A stretch of DNA of 64,000 bases. Origin: Chiloscyllium plagiosum. Lineage: Eukaryota. Numbering within the stretch: position 1 is the stretch's first letter; every line of letters starts with the position of its first letter. The stretch covers positions 52,406,401-52,470,400 of the forward strand of contig NC_057728.1 in NCBI RefSeq assembly GCF_004010195.1. The letters are read 5' to 3'. The notes beneath the pieces are model-generated. The model was not told the DNA's origin and ran no database searches. It saw only the letters and a list, made by a program, of their open reading frames with translations. The position numbers and the translations under genes are program-made. Positions 59,801 through 64,000 of the stretch are shown one piece after another.

Positions 59801-62800
59801 TTGCATCTGGGGTTGTTCCCGGCACAGGTATCGTACTTGTTCAACAATTTTCTTTTCCTTGTTTAGCTCTTTCTCCATTTCTGAAAGCTCCCGGTCCTTG
59901 TACTGCAGCTGGCTTTCCACTTGACGCAGTTCTTCTCGCAAGAATCGGGTATCACGCCCACCAGCACTCACTTGAGCCATCTGAACAGAAACAAAATGGA
60001 GCATTGCTCACTTCTAAATATGATTCAGGTCATGATAAACTGACATAGAAATACCACTTGCAGTGAAAATTTCCTAGTATGAGTTACATTAACATCACAT
60101 ACCAGAATATACATGAATGTGTACAAAGCCCAGGTTTTTCCATTCCCATGAGAAGTATCAAAAAAATCACCCCATGTTTACCATGAAATACATTAATTTT
60201 GTAGAGGTGTAGTGGCCACTCAAAGAATAATTCAAACATAAAAGGTAGAATCATAGCAGTTCTCTCTTGGTCTTGCTCATGATAAGTCACATTGTTCAGT
60301 ATTTGCCAACTCGAAAATATTGTCTACTCTGCTTTTGTGATGCAACTTGCATCATTTGGCTTGTCCTTTTAAGGTCAGTTGCTTATTTGCACATAGTTAA
60401 GGATAGGTGCAGATTGGGAAATTAATTCCTTTTGCAGACTGGAAGCTATCACATGTATGGGGTCAGCTGTAGCTCAATTGGTAGCACTGTCTCCCAACTC
60501 AGAAAACTATGGGCTCAATCTCCACTTTCGAGACTAAAACACAAAGGTATAGGCTGACGCTCCAGTGCAATATTGAGGGAATGCTCCATTTTTGGAGGGA
60601 TTGTCTTTTGGATGAACTGTTAAACTGAAGTGTCATCTATTGCCTCAGGTGATCATTTCAAAGACAGTTCAGAGATTATCCCCAGAATCCTGAGCAATAA
60701 TTACTCTTCAATTAATTGCACGAAATAAGGTTATCTAGTAAATATCACATTGCTGTTTGTGGGAACTTACTGTATGTAAATTGGCTGTCATGTTTCCTAC
60801 ATTTCAATACTTTCCTATATGACAATTCTCTGATTTCTTCATTATGTAATTCACTGTAAAATGCTTCCCAACATCCTGGGACCGTAGACTTGCTAAATAA
60901 ATGCTTGTCTCTCTCTTCTTATTCCTATTTTAATTTAACTACAAGATAAAATGGCGGCCTTGCATTACATGCGTATACTGAATTAAGCAGGTCTTCTATA
61001 CGGTAAAAAAGTTGCCATAGACATAGGGCTGCTGTCACATTTGAAAGACATGAATTTAACTAGAGGGTCACCATACCTCAGGGATGTGGAGAGGTTGAGA
61101 AGGAGAGTCCTTCATTGTCACCTCAGCAGGTGCAGCAACTGAACTCAAGCTATTGGTATCACTCTGCATTTCAAGCCAGCCATCCAGCCAACCGAGCTAA
61201 CCAATTCCTATGTTGTACATATACATACATATATGTATAAAATTATATACACACATATGGAGTAGTGAGTTTGAGAAATGCTACGCCTGCCTGAAACCTA
61301 CTGGATGTTACTTCACAACTTTTAAGTACTTTCTGAAGTATAGTTACTGTTGTCAATTGAAAAGCAGCCAATTTTTGTACAGTAAGTTTGCAGATGACAC
61401 CAACATTGGAGGTGTAGTGGACAACGAAGAGGGTTACCTCAGATTACAACAGGATCTTGACCAGATGGGCCAATGGGCTGAGAAGTGGCAGATGGAGTTT
61501 AATTCAGATTACTGCGAGATGCTGCATTTTGGGAAAGCAAATCTTAGCATGACTTTCACACTTAATGGTAAGGTCCTAGGGAGTGTTGCTGAAGAAAGAG
61601 ACCTTGGAGTGCAGGTTCATAGCTCCTTGAAAGTGGAGTCGCAAGGAGATAGGATAGCGAAGAAGGCATTTGGTATGCTTTCCTTTATTGGTCAGAGTAT
61701 TGAGTACAGGAGTTGGGAGGTCATGTTGCAGCTGTACAGGACATTGGTTAGGCCACTGCTGGAATATTGTGTGCAATTCTGGTTTCCTTCCTATCGGAAA
61801 GATGTTGTGAAACTTGAAAGGGTTCAGGAAAGATTTACAAGGCTGTTGCCACGGTTGGAGGATTTGAGCTATAAGGAGAGGCTGAACAGGCTGGGGCTGT
61901 TTCCCTGGAGCGTCAGAGCCTGAGGGGCGACCTTATAGTGGTTTACAAAATTATGAGGGGCATGGATAGGGTAAATAGGCAAAGTCTTTTCCCTGGCGTC
62001 GGAGAGTCCAGAACTAGAGGGTATAGGTTTAGAGTGAGAGGGAAAAGATATAAAAGAGACCTAAGGGGCAACCTTTTCACGCAGAAGGTGGTACGTGTAT
62101 GGAATGAGCTGCCAGAGGAAGTGGTGGAGGCTGGTACAATTGCTACATTTAAGAGGCATTTGGATGGGTATTTGAATAGGAGGGGTTTGGAGGGATAAGG
62201 GTCGGGTGCTAGCAGGTGGGACTATATTGGGTTGGGATATCTGGTCAGCATGATGGGTTGGAATGAAGGGGTCTGTTTCCATGCTGGACATCTTGATGAC
62301 TCTATCATCCCAAAAATTGCAAGTTAATTGTTAAACTCTGATGTTCAAGGGAAATGTTGGTCAGATGGAATCATGTAATCTATTAGTCTTCCACAATCAA
62401 ATATGAACTCAGTTTAGTGTTTTTTTTTCTGAAAATGTACCTCAGATAGTGGACAACTGCTGCAACTGAAATGCCAGCGTGAAATTAGATGGTCCATGAC
62501 TGGATTGCGGCTTGATCTCAAGAAGTGTGAGTTCATATTTAAGTCAATTTGAAAGTAAATGGAATGTTGCCATTTATTTCAAAGTGAATGGAGTATAAAA
62601 TTAGAGGTGTGTCGTTAAAACTATACAAGGCACCAGTCAGACTTTAAATAGTTTTGGGCCTTTTATTGAAGGGAAGGTAGATTGGCATTGGAGGTAGTCC
62701 AGAAAAGGTTTACTAGCTTAATCCCAGGCATGGAGGGATTTTCTGAAGAGGAGAGGCTGACTAGGTTGGACCTGTGATCTTTAAAATTTAGAAGAATGAG

Positions 62801-63593
62801 GGTTGACCTTATTGAAACATACAAGACTGTCAAAGTGGATGCAGAAAGGTTGTTGTGAGAGTATGTCGGATCACAGGACATAATCTCAGAAAATGAGGTT
62901 GCACATTTAAGCCAGAAATTAAGAGGAATTTCTTTTTTCAGAGGGCTATGACTCTTCAGGATTCTTTACCACAGAGGACTGTTGAGATTGCATCATTAAG
63001 AATATTCAAGGTTGAGAAAGACATATTTTAATCAATAAGGGAATCAAGGGTCACAGATAAAAAGCAGGAAAGTGAAATTGTGGGTAATTAGATCAGCCAT
63101 TATCCGATTGAATGGCAGACCAGACTCATTGGGCTGAATGGTCTACTTCTGCTCTGATGTATCAGGCTTTTATGTATACTTACTGAGGATTTATTAAAGT
63201 ATTTGGGTTCAGCATGGTTATGTTTAGATGAAAAGTTTTGGAAGATCTTGTTTTGTAAAGCTGGCATGGACCAAGTGAAAAATGGTCAGTTCTGAGCTTA
63301 AGACTTGAGGCTTAACTCTGTACTAATATTGCTTAAAAGAACTTTTATGTGAATAAAAGTTCACCCTTACCTCCAATTCATTTTCTAGCTTAAGAACCTT
63401 TGCTTTCAGCTGGTTTTCTGGAGAGAAAACAAATAAATGCATAAATTTAATTGTTCACTGCAACCTGAAAGGTAACACTGAGCGCACAGCAAAGAACAAA
63501 CTGACTACAAAACAGTGACTTACCTGTTTTGGCTTGTTCTTCCCCTGCTTTTTCAACTTCTTCAAGAGCCAACTCAACTTCCTGCGCTTTCAT
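11619..63593 (-). CDS. CEP290: CEP290 centrosomal protein 290, partial multi-exon gene span (exons equivalent to human 4-25; the 5' end lies beyond 64000)
   Basis: 22 exons with AG acceptors and GT donors (one GC) splice in frame. The peptides match recalled human CEP290 ([49 protein letters not shown]), and most exon lengths equal the recalled human ones. Confidence 0.97.
12543..12645 (-). CDS. CEP290: CEP290 exon 24 equivalent (103 bp)
   Basis: [34 protein letters not shown]; gtaagt donor. Confidence 0.95.
14492..16676. mobile_element. Penelope-like retroelement (RT and GIY-YIG endonuclease), palindromic inverted structure, 12-bp TSD
   Basis: [20 protein letters not shown]...[45 protein letters not shown]. 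Arms about 14490-15466 and 15665-16640. ATAGACTATTCT at 14480-14491 and 16677-16688. Confidence 0.92.
16562..16601 (+). ncRNA. Minimal type I hammerhead ribozyme motif of the Penelope-like element (mutated)
   Basis: cca-CTGAAGA-t-gttact-tagtag-ggtgac-GAAA-cATC-tgg; the mirror copy at 14529-14568 on the minus strand has AAAA-CGTC. Confidence 0.7.
17055..18350 (+). mobile_element. CR1 3' fragment
   Basis: [49 protein letters not shown]1 3' end. Confidence 0.9.
17938..18254 (+). mobile_element. HE1-like SINE
   Basis: B box GGTTCGATTCC; body as in 9476-9782; ATCTAATCTAA tail. Confidence 0.85.
19177..19292 (-). CDS. CEP290: CEP290 exon 23 equivalent (116 bp)
   Basis: [38 protein letters not shown]. 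Confidence 0.96.
20059..23057 (+). mobile_element. Young 5'-truncated CR1 LINE with nearly intact ORF2
   Basis: Long open endonuclease frame from 20094; RT motifs PQGSVLGP and FADDTK; (GTTCTAT)n tail; AAGAC flanking repeats at 20054-20058 and 23058-23062. Confidence 0.95.
21293..21824. other. Assembly gap inside a young CR1 ORF2
   Basis: N run with collinear CR1 sequence on both sides. Confidence 0.99.
24095..24790 (+). mobile_element. CR1 3' fragment
   Basis: [11 protein letters not shown]...[11 protein letters not shown]. Confidence 0.85.
24860..25009 (-). CDS. CEP290: CEP290 exon 22 equivalent (150 bp)
   Basis: [50 protein letters not shown]. Confidence 0.96.
25942..26106 (-). CDS. CEP290: CEP290 exon 21 equivalent (165 bp)
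   Basis: [55 protein letters not shown]. Confidence 0.96.
27286..27497. repeat. About three imperfect tandem copies (roughly 60-80 bp) containing the LTR terminus
   Basis: GATTCACACATGTATTGGGACA..ACCACA..ACATGTGTT repeated. Confidence 0.8.
27500..27715. repeat. Degenerate (TTCAG/TTCAA)n pentanucleotide microsatellite
   Basis: ttcagttcagtcaattcag...ttcaattcaat. Confidence 0.9.
29355..30885 (+). mobile_element. CR1 ORF2 with a large internal deletion near 30240
   Basis: The endonuclease/linker ([14 protein letters not shown]) is fused directly to the post-RT region (KVATQVARL); CR1 tail. Confidence 0.88.
31044..31328 (-). mobile_element. CR1 3' end fragment
   Basis: cataagatataggagcaga tail; ccatagattcaccaccctctgg. 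Confidence 0.75.
31538..31680 (-). CDS. CEP290: CEP290 exon 20 equivalent (143 bp)
   Basis: [47 protein letters not shown]. Confidence 0.95.
32262..32378 (+). mobile_element. Internally deleted HE1-like SINE (tRNA head joined directly to (CTAAT)n)
   Basis: GGTGGCACAGTGGTTAGCAC...GGTTCAATT followed by about 10 CTAAT units. Confidence 0.85.
33306..33958 (-). mobile_element. CR1 3' fragment carrying a 168-bp foreign insert
   Basis: [15 protein letters not shown]...GNVFTQRVV. Confidence 0.85.
34031..34115 (-). CDS. CEP290: CEP290 exon 19 equivalent (85 bp)
   Basis: [28 protein letters not shown]; gtaagt donor. Confidence 0.94.
34735..36470 (-). mobile_element. Decayed CR1/L2-superfamily LINE of a second family (also at about 47390-48930, 52680-53750 and 32480-32900)
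   Basis: RT remnants such as [21 protein letters not shown]; at 48213, [13 protein letters not shown]...[18 protein letters not shown]...LDINASFD. Confidence 0.7.
37218..39080 (-). mobile_element. CR1 ORF2 internal fragment (endonuclease to RT)
   Basis: [52 protein letters not shown]. Confidence 0.92.
39104..39196 (-). CDS. CEP290: Putative extra CEP290 exon (93 bp, 31 aa), a diverged exon-19 paralogue
   Basis: catctctttag|AAT...CAG|gtagca, phase 0-0. [31 protein letters not shown] aligns ungapped to exon 19 with 9 of 28 identities. Confidence 0.7.
40281..40603 (+). mobile_element. HE1-like SINE
   Basis: tRNA-like head and the conserved body tttgcacattctccc. Confidence 0.75.
41130..41605 (+). 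mobile_element. CR1 3' fragment
   Basis: [23 protein letters not shown]. Confidence 0.75.
41950..42462 (-). CDS. CEP290: Putative extra CEP290 exon (513 bp, 171 aa) in intron 18, with no human counterpart that I recall
   Basis: Acceptor tctgtttttatacag|GAC, donor CAG|gtcaga, phase 0-0. Stop-free for 171 codons in non-repeat DNA, ending in a coiled-coil-like [20 protein letters not shown]. Confidence 0.75.
42701..43025 (+). mobile_element. HE1-like SINE
   Basis: ggcacagtgactcagtggttagcac...ggcctgtttccatactgtag..aatctaa. Confidence 0.82.
43886..43992 (-). CDS. CEP290: CEP290 exon 18 equivalent (107 bp)
   Basis: (G)[35 protein letters not shown] (human GLTTEDLNL...); phase 1-0 as required. 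Confidence 0.88.
45146..45233 (-). CDS. CEP290: CEP290 exon 17 equivalent (88 bp)
   Basis: [29 protein letters not shown]; gtaagc donor. Confidence 0.95.
45335..45435 (-). CDS. CEP290: CEP290 exon 16 equivalent (101 bp)
   Basis: (G)[33 protein letters not shown]. Confidence 0.96.
46544..46706 (-). CDS. CEP290: CEP290 exon 15 equivalent (163 bp)
   Basis: [54 protein letters not shown]. Confidence 0.96.
47046..47226. mobile_element. Short palindromic hammerhead-type element (Penelope-associated)
   Basis: Arms gtgctgaaaaagcacagcaggtcaggcagcatc / gatgctgcctgacctcctgtgcttttc; partial core ggacttatgcccGAAAtGTC. Confidence 0.7.
47390..48930 (-). mobile_element. Decayed CR1/L2-superfamily LINE RT fragment
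   Basis: ORFs 48213-48488 and 48010-48216 (QGSVL motif). Confidence 0.78.
49312..49484 (-). CDS. CEP290: CEP290 exon 14 equivalent (173 bp)
   Basis: [57 protein letters not shown]; gtaagt donor; the gag acceptor is less certain but fits the phase. Confidence 0.9.
50185..50344. mobile_element. Short palindromic element with perfect 44-bp inverted arms, a hammerhead-like core and a 15-bp TSD
   Basis: Arms 50185-50228 and 50278-50321. The minus strand reads CTGAAGA-a-gggc-tcat-gccc-GAAA. CTCTATAGAACACAA/CTCTATAAAACACAA flanks. Confidence 0.85.
51290..52175 (+). mobile_element. Decayed CR1 3' portion
   Basis: tttgatgacacaaag (FADDTK-like) through to a CR1 3' end. Confidence 0.8.
52234..52357 (-). 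CDS. CEP290: CEP290 exon 13 equivalent (124 bp)
   Basis: [41 protein letters not shown]. Confidence 0.95.
52961..53046 (-). mobile_element. Hammerhead-bearing short element (single arm)
   Basis: Minus strand cCTGATGA-a-gggc-tttt-gccc-GAAA-tGTC, followed by the same arm sequence as at 50185. Confidence 0.75.
54752..54874 (-). CDS. CEP290: CEP290 exon 12 equivalent (123 bp)
   Basis: [41 protein letters not shown]. Confidence 0.95.
54986..55075 (-). CDS. CEP290: CEP290 exon 11 equivalent (90 bp)
   Basis: [30 protein letters not shown]. Confidence 0.96.
56009..56191 (-). CDS. CEP290: CEP290 exon 10 equivalent (183 bp, GC donor)
   Basis: [38 protein letters not shown]...QLLLQ; the donor is CAG|gcaagg. 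Confidence 0.92.
57380..57532 (-). CDS. CEP290: CEP290 exon 9 equivalent (153 bp)
   Basis: [51 protein letters not shown]. Confidence 0.96.
57685..57705 (-). CDS. CEP290: CEP290 exon 8 equivalent (21-bp microexon)
   Basis: KEKLKRK (human NKRLKKK); aag acceptor, gtaaga donor; phase 0-0. Confidence 0.85.
57923..57976 (-). CDS. CEP290: CEP290 exon 7 equivalent (54 bp)
   Basis: [18 protein letters not shown]; tag acceptor, gtcagt donor. Confidence 0.93.
59837..59980 (-). CDS. CEP290: CEP290 exon 6 equivalent (144 bp)
   Basis: [52 protein letters not shown] boundaries. Confidence 0.96.
60461..60918 (+). mobile_element. Ancient tRNA-headed Deu-domain-like SINE (SacSINE1/AmnSINE-type)
   Basis: gtagctcaattggtagcac head; central ccagtgcaatattgagggaatgct...ggatgaactgttaaactga and tgctgtttgtgggaacttactgt resemble the Deu domain as I recall it. 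Confidence 0.6.
61380..62306 (+). mobile_element. CR1 3' fragment (RT)
   Basis: [17 protein letters not shown]...[13 protein letters not shown]...TRGYRFRV. Confidence 0.92.
62550..63160 (+). mobile_element. Decayed CR1 3' fragment
   Basis: ggaggtagtccagaaaaggtttact...ctgaatggtctacttctgctc. Confidence 0.78.
63371..63417 (-). CDS. CEP290: CEP290 exon 5 equivalent (47 bp)
   Basis: (E)[15 protein letters not shown]; cag acceptor, gtaagg donor. Confidence 0.96.
63524..63593 (-). CDS. CEP290: CEP290 exon (human exon 4 equivalent, 70 bp)
   Basis: cag|ATG AAA GCG...ACA G|gtaagt; [23 protein letters not shown]. Confidence 0.96.
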
Positions 63594-64000
63594 CTGCATA
63601 TAATTTTAAAACACATAATATCTTGATCATGAATACATATCCAGATCATAGTGAACTTTAGCAATCACAGAATAAATTCAATTTGAACTAACCATGTGCC
63701 TTCCATCCAATATAAAGCAATTTCTAATTTTTCTTTTGCTGCTATATAACCAGTTTTTACTTCTTATTAAAACCACTTACTAACAAAAGGCTCTACAACC
63801 ATATTTTGTACCTGGATTATTTATTAAAAGAACATTAGATTGGATGCAGGATTATTCAAAAGTACTGCATTAAATTGGGCGACCATAATAATTGTAGGCA
63901 AATTCATAATGGATTCTGAAATTAAATGGTTGTGGCTTTTTTTTTGATTTATTACCATTTTTTCTCCCTGCCCAGCTGATACTAATTATTTAGTAGTACA

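Overview
Vertebrate genomic DNA, most likely a shark. This is inferred from HE1-like (TCTAA)n-tailed SINEs and dense CR1 LINEs. The window lies inside CEP290. Twenty-two coding exons matching human exons 4-25 (numbering from recall) run in order and in frame on the minus strand (63593->11619). Left of a 500-N gap (8809-9308), exons matching human 45 and 46 lie on the PLUS strand, which suggests a mis-oriented contig or an inversion. Three further in-frame exon candidates have no counterpart in human CEP290 as I recall it: a 513-bp exon and a 93-bp diverged exon-19 paralogue (both in intron 18), and an acidic exon (<1-280) upstream of exon 45. The introns are filled with mobile elements: nested CR1 LINEs (one near full length with an SGNH-esterase ORF1, one young), an L1 3' end, tRNA-derived SINEs, a palindromic Penelope-like element with hammerhead-ribozyme motifs and a 12-bp TSD, short palindromic hammerhead-bearing elements, and a young non-autonomous LTR element with a tRNA-Ser PBS and a GGCAT TSD. 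Most ORF-track entries are repeat fragments or spurious.
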